A DNA stretch of 64,000 bases. Source: Phoronis australis (lineage: Eukaryota > Animalia > Phoronida). Position numbers and translations under genes: made by a program. Positions 39,487-52,041 of the stretch are shown here, one piece after another. The stretch covers positions 323,776 to 387,775 of the forward strand of contig NMRA01000344.1 of assembly GCA_002633005.1 (NCBI GenBank), written 5' to 3'. Below the pieces are notes generated by a model. The model saw only the letters and a list, made by a program, of their open reading frames with translations. It was not told the origin of the DNA and did no database searches. How positions within the stretch are numbered: the stretch's first letter is position 1; each line of letters starts with the position of its first letter.

Positions 39487-40617
39487 AGATAAAAACCGAT
39501 CTTTAAACGCACTCTGAACTTTAAAAAGGGGTCCCGGGAACAGACACGAAACACTGACAAAATTTTAAAATTTTCCGAAACGATGTTAGTACCCTCAAAC
39601 TTTGAGTTAAAGCATACTCAAACGTTTTCTGCATTTGTTTGCTAAAAACTGTCAATAATAAAAGTTGATTTACCGTTATATCGAATTTGTTCTTTCATTT
39701 TATCGGTAAAACTTGTGCTACTTGCCTGTGGGCGAATTTCAACATAATCTATACTCTCAACACGTTGTTGTTTCGGTAAATATTTAGTTAATTTCAGATC
39801 AGTCAGTACTTTCTCCAGTATATCTACACCGGGGTTCCAATTTTATTGGTATAGCAATCCTCAAATTGCTACAATTTGTGCAGACTTTTGAAGCTCAAAC
39901 TATAGTAACTTTTCTTTGCACCAGTTTGTGGTTTGTGTATGGGTTTCTGCAACTGCCGTAACCCTCAAATTACCAGAATATACGTAGACCTGCAAAGCAC
40001 AAACTGTTACAAACCGCAATTGAGTGCTGTGACGGTTTGCACAAATCTTCGTAGCCATCAGTGACAAATAGGTCTACAACGCTCCCATGAAAATGACGGA
40101 AGACAACGAAAGTGGGGAGAAACCTCATTCCAAGTCCACTTTCTTTTTGCGCGCCACGAGATTAAAGAGAATGGCACCCTAAGCAATTTGACGTTGGCGA
40201 CGGTGAAGACGATAGCTGTGGCAAAATACTAAAGTCACGATTGACAGAACGACGGCGTTGCCAGGTTTAATTAGATGTAAAGACAAAACATTAACTTACG
40301 GTGTAAAACATGAACATTGACTGTGAAGACTGACATATAGTATGCAAACAATTTTGTCTCTCAACAAAATCCCAGAGTAAGTACTGTATATACTCATGCA
40401 GCTTTGTGTTTGACGTCGTTGCGTATTTTTCAAATTATGACAATCTGTGCTCCGGAGGTCCGTATGGAATGATGCTATTTGCCTAATTGAGACACCCTCA
40501 GTTTAAATAGTAGCTAATTTTGACCAAGGTGCGCTGTTATTAAAGTGGTTACTAATAAGCGTGTTGACAACTGATTTCATTTGCTTTAAGTTAAATTATA
40601 ATTTTCATTTATCGCAG

Positions 40618-40870
40618 CTTGAATCCCTTTATGCTGGGCTCTTGGGATTCAAGAGAGTGAATATCCGGTCGCTTGTTAAAGGAAGTCTTACAGTTGGATA
40701 CGACGTTGAGATGGATTTAGAAAAGGCGGACTCTTTCAATTCCAAAGCCGTCTTGGATGAGTTAGAAAAGGTGTCAACAATAGATAGTTTGACAGTCAAC
40801 GGAACATCGTATACCATGGACAAAGAATACAACAACATCGCGTTCGACAGAGAGGCGATAGAGACCAAGA
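40618..40870 (+). CDS. Mucin exon: SEA domain C-terminal half
   Basis: atcgcag| acceptor and |gtaagg donor, phase 0-1; LESLYAGLLGFKRVNIRSLVKGSLTVGYDVEM with a GS-x-x-V motif. Confidence 0.88.
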
Positions 40871-41041
40871 GTAAGGTTTACGAATAGACAATCATCTTCA
40901 TGGACTTCGACTAGAGTGAACATAGAGTAGTCTATTGTAATAATTGCAGTGACAGGAACAGTGGCAGAGGTCCTTTTAGCAACAGCATTAGGACAAAATA
41001 TTAATCTAGGACTATACTCCCAGACATTAATAGAGGCACGG

Positions 41042-41232
41042 CCTAGTAGTATTACTAGTGGTAGTATCAGTAACAGTAATTGTAGTAGTTGGCACTAGTA
41101 GAACTAGGAGTAATGCTAGCAGTAACACTAGTAGTAGTGCAAATAGTAGTACTAGCAGTAGCAATACTATTAGTACTAGTAGTACTAGTAGTATTACTAA
41201 GAATATTACTAGTACTACTAGTAGTAGTAGCA
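41042..41232. repeat. (AGT/ACT)n low-complexity tract in an intron
   Basis: agtagtactagcagtagc... degenerate trinucleotide repeat. Confidence 0.8.
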
Positions 41233-41355
41233 ACATTTTTAGTCAATGAATGAATACATGACTACAGAATTGGTTTCAAAAATAAAAGTTGAGTTTGCTT
41301 GAATGGTCACCGCAGACTCTAAGGTTAGTGGCATTTTTAATCACTGTGCTTTCAG

Positions 41356-41551
41356 TGACCTCAATTTTCTCTGACCTATGCAAGGAAGACACGTGCCCGC
41401 AAGGTTTCCGGTGTGATACCTTCGACAACAAGCTGCCGATATGCAGCGACCCCTGTGATGGCTATCGCTACAATGAGACTGATTCAAAGCGTAATTGGTG
41501 TGGAATTGACGGGGATTGTGTTACTAACGCAGAAAATGCGCCGATTTGTAG
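41356..41551 (+). CDS. Mucin exon: Cys-rich/EGF-like region
   Basis: ctttcag| acceptor and |gtagga donor, phase 1-2; LCKEDTCPQGFRC...PICSDPC...WCGIDGDC...APICR. Confidence 0.88.
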
Positions 41552-41995
41552 GTAGGAAACATGGAACGCTCCTCAAATAGAAACTTACCAGCAAAAATCT
41601 CTCCGCTAGGGTCCATTTTTGACTATGGTATATTTTTTCGGCAAGAACAGTCATACATTATTTATAAAGACGGGATAGTCATAATGATGCCCGTGCCAAA
41701 AACAGAGCAAGTCCGCTTTAAATTTCAAACATCGAAAGACTATTCCACACTGACTTGGAAGTGAAACTCACGCCTTTTTTCGATCCTCCTTGCAATGCAG
41801 ATCACTTGCAAGAAGTGGGAGGCAAATATATATTGTCGTTACTAGCTTGCATATGATATTTATTGATTGAACTTAACTCAAATAACTATTAAGGACTTGT
41901 TAAAGACAAACCTCTTCAGCACTGTGGCAGCGTCATGTTCATATTCCGGTTTCTCCGATGCTCTATTCAAGCTGAAAGTCATTTCCCTTTTCCAG

Positions 41996-42181
41996 ATGCA
42001 AGCACTCAGAAATGTTGAACGTCACGGTTGGTTATAAGAACGGGAAGTGCTTACCAAAAGCCACGGTTGTTGCGTTCCTCTCTGGGACTATAGGTGGCGT
42101 TCTTCTACTTCTGTTACTAGTGCTCGTTATCCACATGATACGGCTGAGGCGAAAGAAGCTGGCTAAATCACGAAAGGCACA
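41996..42181 (+). CDS. Mucin exon: end of EGF, transmembrane helix and basic stop-transfer segment
   Basis: ttccag| acceptor and |gttagt donor, phase 2-2; CKHSE...YKNGKC, then VVAFLSGTIGGVLLLLLLVLVIHMI followed by RLRRKK. Confidence 0.88.
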
Positions 42182-42563
42182 GTTAGTAATCCAGTACAGC
42201 TCAATAGTATCTCGCGGTTTGCAATATTGAAGCCTTCAAGTCAGAATGTAACCACCACATTGAAATGACTGCACTAGACATTTCTATTAGATTTGAGGAA
42301 GTTGTTTTACCACGAATCTAAACATTGGTTTGTTATCAACTATCACCGCTTTTGTATAAAATGTAAACACCACTTTTAAGTAAATTTACAAAAGAAAAGA
42401 TAAATCGAACATACCTTAGATAAGCACAGAAAATTTTGCAACAAGAAATACTTCAAATTTTATTACTCCGAAAAACAACGATAACGGATATAGAATATTA
42501 AAATTTGGTTTGTTGCACGAAATTTACTGTAACATATTCGACAACTATTCCTGTAGCTGATCA

Positions 42564-42790
42564 GGGGCTTGTTCCAACAAAACTGACTTAGCTAAGACAA
42601 ATCTTATTAAATTTCAAGGTAAAACTTAAATTTGTCTCAAGACCATTTCAAGAGAGATCATGAGTTTGAACTAAGCTTTTGATAAACGTTTCATCTTAAT
42701 TTTAACTATCTTATCGGATGTGGAAGTTTCAAAGTTTGGAAGTTGAGACAAATCTTAGACTTAAGAACTCAGTTTCTTGGAACGAGCCCG
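42564..42790. mobile_element. PIF/Harbinger-like MITE in an intron
   Basis: ggggcttgttccaacaaaactga / tcagtttcttggaacgagcccg TIRs. Confidence 0.7.
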
Positions 42791-43216
42791 TGATCTCTAA
42801 ACAGAAGACAGTACAACCCGTTGGTAACACAGAAATGCAATTACCGGTGGAAACGATTTGAAGATGCATCACTTTGTGTGCAGTTACAGATGCATTGGCG
42901 TTACCATGTGTTCAAATTTTGGGCTGATTATCTAGTAGACAATGGGTCTGGACCCTGCATTAAACATTACATAGGAATGAGTTGCTCTTGTTTGAATGGA
43001 CATTAATGTCCAGCTAAGACGTGTGTCTCGTTCCGTAGACGCAAGAACCTCACGAAGCTATTAATCCCATAACCTCTGGTAATGAACAGCGATATTTTGT
43101 TTTTTTTGAGTTTCTTGAGTCCACGGGACGCAGCCTTGCTGTACGGTACAAAAACGGCAAATTTCATATAATCGAGAACGTGACAAGGAATATACTTCAC
43201 GCGCTTTTTGTTTTAG

Positions 43217-43436
43217 GTATATCCTGAATCCAGAAGACTTCGATGAGTTACCGATGTCGTCTATGTTTGACTCTGCTGCGGCCCACACCGACGTTCACCA
43301 AGGAGAAACCACGGTAATACTCTCAACTTACGGCTATTTAGACCTTAGAGAAGGTCCAAATTTGGCGAATGTCGGAACAAACTATTTCAAAAATGGCGGA
43401 TCATATTCGTATGAAACTTTCAGATGCTGTATACAG
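43217..43436 (+). CDS. Mucin cytoplasmic-tail exon (3' boundary uncertain)
   Basis: ttttag| acceptor in phase 2 gives YILNPEDFDELPMSSMFDSAAAHTDVHQGETT...; candidate donors at 43313 (gtaata), ~43409 (gtatga) and 43436 (gtgagc). Confidence 0.6.
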
Positions 43437-43469
43437 TGAGCTCCACAGAGTTGTTAGGAATTGTACTTA

Positions 43470-43830
43470 ATGAACTTTGCTTGGCATGACTGTTTATTAA
43501 AATGTAACTTTCATGATTTTCATGAAAAATATGAAGTTGCAAAAACAAAAATTTAATAATATTTTATGAAACTGTTACATCGTTTTTAAGATCTCTTATC
43601 AAACACTCGTATAATATCATTGATACCTTTGGTTTGGAATAAATGTAGCATAATTTTTGTTATATTTTACTAAAACAAGTTCACACAATCCAATTCTTGA
43701 CCAACAAGAGAAAAGTCAATATAGAATTCGACATTCTACCGTCTTTCAGAAAATGTGTACTTTTGTTCAGTTAAAATCTATAGTTTTGTAGACATTTGGG
43801 TAAGTATGCAGATTCTACAATAAGGTCTCA
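43470..43830. repeat. Old dispersed repeat; another copy at ~61960-62310 and a partial copy at ~56220-56300
   Basis: Shared blocks tttcatgatt, aaactgt..tttttaaga and ctttcagaaaat.tgtacttttg.t.agttaa...taaggtc. Confidence 0.6.
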
Positions 43831-44287
43831 CATAACCTTAACACTGGTGGTGCCATCTTGTGGCATGTTGTCCCCGGTTTGTTTTGCATCATTGAAGTTA
43901 GCATTCATCCACTTTATCGTCGGCTACTTCGTGCTTGGTATGGTATCTGTAGATGAGAGGACATACAGTACTTGGAACATTGGTTTCTATGCAATGACCT
44001 AAATGCTGTTACCATAGAATACTCCCATTAGCCTGGCAATAAAGTTCATACCTATCCTTCACCAACGCTTCAACAACTGAGAGCATGCCACGTCACTGAT
44101 ATTATTTAACACTGCAGAAGAACCAGATACTAGATATTCAACGCCAAAGAATAGATTTCAGTCCCCTAAACACGCAAAAATAAGATGTTCACGGTCAGAT
44201 GTCGAAGAAAGTTTTGTGTGTAAAATAACGTGATTTCTTCCTGTTAACTTTCGCCCGCACCGAACTGTATGATTGTGCGTGCATGTA

Positions 44288-44470
44288 GTCTGTGGTAAAG
44301 TCTTGTATTATATCTAAACACAATTTTGTCTGTGGTAAAGTCTTTCATTATAGATAAACATCACTCACTCTGTGTTAAAGCGATTTGTTATGACACTATG
44401 TAGTGTGTGGTAAAGCATCTTCTAAACACTATGTTGTCTGTGGTAAATCGTTTCATGACATCTAAACACC
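44288..44470. repeat. ~40-bp degenerate minisatellite (gtctgtggtaaag...atctaaacac), ~5 copies
   Basis: Units at ~44288, 44328, 44368, 44402 and 44436; one further unit at ~44950. Confidence 0.75.
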
Positions 44471-44472
44471 AC

Positions 44473-44473
<1 letters not shown>

Positions 44474-44545
<72 letters not shown>

Positions 44546-44655
44546 TAATAATATTAATAATGGTAATCATATTAATAATAATGGTAATAATAACAATAAT
44601 CATAATAATGGTAATAATAATAACAATAATAGTAATAGTAATAGTAATAATGATA
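44474..44655. repeat. (AAT)n microsatellite
   Basis: Long pure then degenerate aat run; explains the poly-Ile spurious ORFs. Confidence 0.97.
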
Positions 44656-45067
44656 AACTTCACTCATAGAGGATAAAATTCAATACAATTCAAAACATGT
44701 TTTAACCAGAGGCTAATATACCACAATGCATGAAATTCAATCAAATAAATTGAAGAAGGCTAAATTAAGTATTAATGCATTAAATTAAATGAATATTTAG
44801 AAATTAAATTTACAATTTAAACTAAAAATAAACTAAAACTTCTATATGATATATAATGAATTCTAGAGAGGGCACATAGCTGAAGGGAGGGACAGTAAGT
44901 AATGAGTTTGTACTGGAAATCATACCAACCATCCACCCCCTTCAGGCTGGGGTAAAGCGTTTTATTATATCTAAGCACCATACAGCCTGAACTATTTTGC
45001 TTTCAGTTTTTAGTGCTAGACAACTGGGCGTTCGAATGAGTCATAATATCATATCTTTATTTTCTAG

Positions 45068-45116
45068 GTTGACTCTCAATGAAACGTGGGGACAGAAGGA
45101 CGTAAACATCATGTAA
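45068..45116 (+). CDS. Putative last coding exon of the mucin
   Basis: tttctag| acceptor; phase 2 gives LTLNETWGQKDVNIM*, phase 0 gives VDSQ*; not resolved. Confidence 0.4.
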
Positions 45117-48100
45117 CGATAAGAATTTCCTCGAACTTGATGGCTTCAAATGCCGACATCTACCTTGAAGTTCGCCAAGTAATTTTGCAAGGGTGTACAG
45201 CAAAGAATGTTAAGGCCCAAATTCCCGTTTCACCTAGGCTGTCTTAGAACGCCTTGTTTCAACATCGCTGTCTTGGCTACCTATAACAGTAAGAGTTAAA
45301 ATGTGAAAGGCGTGAATGCAAAATTGTATTTCTGCTCAGGACTGACGAAAGAACGAACAAGTAAACGAATAAGCATACAGTCAAACACTCTCTTCCAAAC
45401 GCCTCATATCCCCTTATTCTATTTTGAAGATGGTAGATGCTGTCCTTGTCTTTGACAGTGTGGACTTTATCCTATTAGGAAAGCTATCTCACTGCACAAA
45501 CCTAAAGCTTTACGATAGTGTTTCTGATTACCCCATCGGTAGGTACGTAAATCCCAAGAGACCATGAATTCAAGCTTGAGCTTATCAGTCAACCTCTTTG
45601 CAACTGTCTGAGACTATACATTTCATACCAGGTATCGTCCATTGTATGAAATCGAACACAGATTGGTGCTAAGAATTCTTACGCGATCAAACCCGAATGA
45701 TTCGTTTGCAAAATGTTACTGGAGGCAAACGTCGAAAATTTTAGTTTCGGTTTATTCTTGTTAGGTTTTTCTTTATCAAAATAGGCTCAATGCCAGTTTA
45801 TCAGTGTTGCATACATTGTGTATGGTTGCCACGTTTATACAATTAGTTTCAAGTCTCGATGCTACGAGACCCCTTGTTCATGTAGGCTCACTGGCAAGTA
45901 ACTTCCTTCATAACCGACATCGTTATTTTGCTATGAACGGCAAAATAGCGATGCCACGTGGTTGAGTTCCGTAGACACAAGAATCTCGTGACAAAAGGTA
46001 ATATAATTACGTGCTTCGCTTGCAAGACATGGCGATGTATCGCGAAATCTGGCATTTGGTGAGGTTTGAGCGTATAAGGAACTCACGGTACGTTTCTTAC
46101 ATAAATCCTTCTTATTGCTTGTGATACCTGTGTTGATTTCTCCGAATTCATTATTACGGCAACATTATTTATGCCATGAATGTTTGAATGAGTTGTGATT
46201 AATTCGACTTCTATCTGATCAATGAATGATATCATAATAAAATGAACTTTTGTATTGAATAACACCGAGCTCTTCATTTATTTTACAAAAGTGAGTTTCT
46301 TATTTTAAATGCCTCCAACACTGGTTGAACATTTTACTTAGGCGAGTCACTATACATAATAGATTCGACCTTTACTAAAACAAAGCATCGTCAAAAACTA
46401 TACTTGTTAGAATTTCCATTCCGAACTCCAAAAACATTCACAGTCTTTGATCAACGTAAATATGACCATTATTGTTAACAATTCTGTCATGAGTTTCAAC
46501 AACCATTGAAACATATCACAAATACATAATGTATAGAACTGAAGGTTCGCCTACTTCTCCCACGGCTGGAACTGCAACAACAAAATATCCAGCTAAATGT
46601 TACTTACCCTCAAATTTCCTCAGTCATGCTTCTTGACTCCATTGTTACGTAACGCAGTATAACAGCGGAACTGTAATGACTTGCAAAAGTCTACTTGTCT
46701 ATATATTTATACATCTTACATGGATTTATGTTTGTAATTGTTTTGCTAAGTTGTGGCTTTGCTACCCAATCGCAGTTCTTGCATTATGTTCTTCACCCTA
46801 ATATACCACATGTCTAATTTAATAACGAAAACTTACATTCAACAAAGATATTATAACTAGTTTTCTAGTTACTCCTTATAGATCTTAAATGAAGGCACCA
46901 CTTTATGATAATTGCCAATTGTCAATTGGTTGAATTGTTCGTGACATATATTTCACACAGAGTACTGTATAGTTCAGTCACATATTCAATACGTGCACAT
47001 CCCCAGCCCTTGCATCTGAAGTAGATCAGCAACAATACAAAAGTCTCTACTATCACGGAAGGTCAAACAGGTTCAAACAGGAGTCTTGCTCCGCCCCATC
47101 TGCTTATCATCAAGGTCAAAATGCTGGTCTTAAAGACAATACAGAGTATTGTAGATAACGGGGATTGTTTTTAACCTGTAGGCCTAACTGACAACTTGAC
47201 GGGCAAGCACCCTGGCGTCCTGTTCCACAATACAAAAATCTAAACGGTGTCGATGGTTAGAGTGAAGACAAGAACACGAAACGAACAATTTCTCAAGAAA
47301 TATCTAATTGAAAGAGTACTATGATTCAGGTTAACAACCGCGATTTCGATGCTATACGCCACGAAGTGTTTCTCAAATTCTACCCACTTTCGCCAGTGTC
47401 TTGCTGCGATACGAGTTCCTACCAACTGCTCACATGTCGGTGCTCAGAAAATCAACGAGGAAATCGATGAAAACAACGTCGACGAAAAAACATTATCATT
47501 AAGACAAAGATACTATATCCCAACTTAGGTAACTATAAAATCTTTGTTGAAGATACGTGGCATGATAATGCATCACACATTTTCCATGATAACATGATTT
47601 GTACTGAATTATCTAAGTGTCTCGAAGTCCTGATACATTAATTTAGCGTTATCTTTTTCAGGAAACGACATCGTTTTTAGTTCGTTGGACTCCTTTATGG
47701 ATCGCTGTGTTTTATCTTATTATCACTCTAATGTTTACTATTAGAGTTACAAGATATGACAGTTGTGTAAGTCACAATAAGGCAATTGATTTACAAATCT
47801 GACTTAAGGTCGTTGTTTATTTAGAAATATTTCCTACTATGGATTAGTTATAATATTCCATATCATTGCGTATAACACAATACTTCTAGCCACAATGACG
47901 TGATATACCTTTTTTAGTGTTTTCCAAGTAATGGGTTGCAGTGGTCCCACCTTTCAAAAAGTTTGGGATTTCTGTCAATTACCGTGAGCACAGGCCAAAA
48001 TCACTAAACAAGCCGAGAACGACATACAAAGTACATTGACAAAAGGAGGCAAATCACCTGGTACATCTTACTTTTATCAATAGAAAATAAAACAAGTGAC

Positions 48101-48185
48101 CAAAAGTGGATGATTGCAATATGGGTTTATTTCTAACACAATTTGCCTTCAAGGTGACGAACCCAGAAATTCAAAATACTCCCTG

Positions 48186-48976
48186 TGTCAGAATATAGTC
48201 TGACAGTATTATTAGTTGTATTGTTTTGTTTTGTTATTCAGTTTGATTTGCATGACCCCTGAGTTAAGTACAATGATGATGTAATTTGTTTACTACAGAA
48301 TGGTATGGAACTTTCTAGAAGACCGAGGTCAGAACAGTGATGATGTAATTTGTTTACTACAGTATAGTGTGGAACTTTCTAGAAGACTCTAGCATGACAG
48401 TGATTGATGCAGTCTGGAATATTCTAGAGACTAGTACATGTTTGTAGAATGATTGGGTAGGTTCCAGAAAGTTCTGGTATGTGCTTGAATTGATGAAAAG
48501 TTCCAGAACAATGCATTAGGCTATAAGTACACAAGCACGGGTTTGTGCTAGCAGACTAGTTACTTGAGTCCCAGAAGATTAAGTGAGTTGAGTCTCAGAT
48601 GATCAAGTCGGGAGATCAAGTGAGATCAAGTAAGTTCAAGTAAGGAGAACTACAGTTGAGTTGCAGAGAAGAGAATCAGCAGTTAGTACAGCGATGGTCA
48701 ATAGAGAGCCAGCTACAGAGACAGCAGGTTATTGAATCGAGTGTAACAGTTGCTGGAAGTATCTCAGATGTTCAATACAAGTCAAGGCTTCGCAGCACTG
48801 GCTGGAGCATAAACAGACATTACGTCGGACGTTTTGTTTGAGTAGGCTTGTGAACGTACGGTCGGGATTGATAAAGGATTAACTCGAACCAGTCTTCAGT
48901 CAATCTTCGCACCGAAAGCTATTAGCACCGGTCTGTAACAACCTGCGCCCACCCACACACGGGGGAAAACGTGACA
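48186..48976 (+). mobile_element. Solo LTR (791 bp) with 5-bp TSD
   Basis: TGTCA...TGACA ends; CCCTG repeated on both sides; TATA-like ctataag at ~48521; internal ~55-bp duplication; ag-rich R-like region. Confidence 0.88.
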
Positions 48977-49559
48977 CCCTGTTTAGCATAACTGCGCCAC
49001 ATGACGCACAAACCCAACTTCAAGCTGCCCTGTGCATGCCTTTTGGCTATTTCAATTTTACTTTGAGACACTCAAACTTCGTGTCTAAATGAGCAGGGAA
49101 GGGCTAGCAGCCACATTCATAAGCGAGGACACTACGACATTATGAAATGTAGTCTTTTGAACGAGTTCTGCTGACAACCAAAATATCTGATGCCACAGTA
49201 GGTTACGCAGTATGCAATTCACTTACATGCGACATATTCAGAAAATCCAAGCAAAAGGGATGTTTTATTTTTTTCAATATCATTTGCATTGAACGATAAC
49301 GTGATGTTTGTTTCCATGGTCTTTTGTGATTTTTCGCCTTATTTATTATTTCAAAATCATAATACTCACGTAATTCCATTTCCATCGCTACTCTTTGGAA
49401 TTTTTCTAATTTCAATTTAAGTATCACAGCACGATTTGTTTGAGACGACTTCAATGACGTCAGTTACATGACAGCTCTTTCTTCCATTTTGATTTTCGAC
49501 AATTTCTGCAATTTTACATTATTTAGCCAGTCGGCAAATTCAAAGAAAAAGATTCCCAA

Positions 49560-51310
49560 GGCTGAGGGATCCTTCTTACAAATTTTTGATTTATCGCACG
49601 CAAAGAAAATGGAGCTCTTTAATTGAAAAGTCTGTGGAATTTAAAACAATTTAAAATGACTATTTGCAAAGTTGAACTGACATCTTTTCACAAAAAAACG
49701 TCGAGCTGCTTGTCATTTCGACGTGGTTCCTGTCGTTAACATGTGAGGCTTCGAAAATTTAAATTTGATACATTCTACGTCGTTCAAAGTTACTGGATTA
49801 CACGTGATTGGAAAGGGTAAGTCCGTTTATAGTACCAAAGGCGGTAGAGAGGGAGACAAATCTCCTAGCGAAATCCCATTGCACGTTCACTGGCGGACAT
49901 TGTTGTTTCATGGACCGTAGAGAGGTCTAGCAGGCGTGTGCGCAATAACAAAATGGCAAGACATGACGGCTCCTATCGGTAAAAAAGCAAAGGTGCTTCT
50001 TGCACTGCGTACGACTGAAGCAACAGTTAACTGAAAATTCATGACTTTTTGCTTTCCACTGATTTATTATTGTGACGTTCATGATAGAAACAAATGGTGA
50101 TTTTGCGTGAAACTGTTGCCAGTCAACCAATAATGGGTTGGGTTCTTTATTGTTCCCTTCATTTGATCGCTAATACAGAAAATTATCGTAAATGGTTTGA
50201 ATGATTATGGGAATTGTTACTTATTTAAATTATTTCTTATGATCCCATACAGTTAACATCCTGGCTGTCGTTAATCAACAATCTGCACTAAGGACTCAGT
50301 TTTTTGTTAGCCTGCCTCCCTGTTTTGGCTCCTACCTCTTTGTCAGCCAATCTATCTACTGTTTATTACATCCCTGACCCACAAAATCCTACAGGTTCTG
50401 TACCTACCCAACCTCCAATCACCTACTTACAAATGCTCACCTCTGATTACTGAGTCACCCTCTTGCTTATGATGTATTTCTCATAATGTATATTACCTTT
50501 GCTGCCAAATTTATTTTTCTTGATTTACTTTGATATTTTGCCTTTGTATATTCTTCCAATACACTGCTCATATTTCTTGTTCTCGATATTTTTAACAAAG
50601 ATACTTCGCAATTTTAAATTTGAGAAACTAAAATTAACCATGGTAGTCGATGCCTCGCGTACTTTGTCGGAGCACACCCACCCGCAAGGTGTCGCCACAG
50701 TCCATGACACAATAATGGCGGTGGCCAATGAGAGTATTCTTGTTTAAGTCTTTGATATTAATTGCATTGGATGTCATGAAAAGGGATCCAGCTGAATTAC
50801 ACATAGAAACAATGTTTTAACAACGGTTGGTGTAGCTCTGGCATCTGGTCACTTGCTGTATGTACTTAGCAGCATCATTTTGTGACCAGTTCTGCCTGAA
50901 CAATAACATACATCGCATTTATTTTGAAATGTTTAAGATTTGTTTACTTCCAATAATTTATCCTTCCTCCATACGTTTATTTGTATGAAAGTCCTTCGGT
51001 CCAAAGTTTTATGTAGAGTCCGTGATAGGAGAAATTCTATGAAACGGTCGATATACGTTTTTGGTTAAGTGTTTGATAAAGAATAGCTGTGAAGTACCTT
51101 TATATCGTTATCAGTATAGGTAAACAATATCTTAGTATATAAGATCACATCAGTTTCCTCGGGAGTAGACCTAGTTTGACCCGACTCAGACCTGATTACA
51201 GACCAGGAAATACACAGTGCTGCGTTTGAAACAAATTGGGCATACAACAGGTAACATTCACAGTAGCTTGATTTGACCAGCATTAGTAATTCATCATCAA
51301 TGACTGTCTT
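49560..51310. repeat. Old direct duplication or dispersed repeat, homologous to ~56580-57390
   Basis: Colinear blocks aaatgactatttg..aactgac.tcttttcacaaaa, atgtcatgaaaagg..cagctgaa, taggaga.att.tatgaaa..ggtcgatata, ttagtatataaga and gggcatacaacag. Confidence 0.7.
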
Positions 51311-51482
51311 TAAAATACAATGTGTACCCACATGTTCACTGCATGTTGATGGAGTGGCTTACGAGATGGTGTATTGGCAGAACTATTTATTTGGCGCATA
51401 ATCTGGCCAGCTCACAGAGCCTGTTTGCAAGGAACGGATCTAGACCAACGTATAGAAGGAAGTGGTGTAAAGGAAGAATCTT

Positions 51483-52041
51483 TACATTGTAATTAAAAAT
51501 AACACTAATGGTAGAAACCACGCACTACAGAGTTTGCGGTGACCATTCAAGCAAACTTAACTTTTACTTTTTGAAAACATTTCTGTAGCCATATATTCAT
51601 TCATTAACTTAAAATGTTGCTACTACTGGTACTAGTGATATTCTTGGTAATACTACTAGTACCAGTATTAGAACTTCTACTGCTAGCACTACTCCTAGTT
51701 CTACTAGTGCCAACTAGTACAACTACTGGTACTGATACTAGTACTATCACTAGTAATACTACTAGGCCGTGCCTCTAATAATATTTTGTTCTAATACTGT
51801 TGCTATTACTAAAAGGACATCTGCCACTGTTACTGTTTATGCTATTATTACAATAGACTACTCTATCGTCACTCAAGTCTTAAGTCCATGAAGATGATTG
51901 TCTTTTCGAAAACCTTACTCTTGGTCTCTATCGCCTCTCTGTCGAACGCGATGTTGTTGTATTCTTTGTCCATGGTATACGATGTTCCGTTGACTGCCAA
52001 GCTATCTATTGCTGACACCTTTTCTAGCTCATTCAAGACGC
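51483..52041 (-). pseudogene. Inverted truncated duplicate of the mucin SEA exon 3' part plus the following intron
   Basis: Reverse complement of ~40747-41350: VLNELEKVSAIDSLAVNGTSYTMDKEYNNIAFDREAIETK, donor, AGT-rich tract and ttgcttgaatggtcaccgca; lacks the exon 5' half and the next exon. Confidence 0.85.

Noticed and set aside
41027-41249. Leu-rich TM-like and Ser/Thr-rich ORFs
   Set aside because: This is an intronic (AGT/ACT)n low-complexity tract with no evident splice signals.
44388-44676. Poly-Ile ORFs on both strands
   Set aside because: They are translations of the (AAT)n microsatellite.
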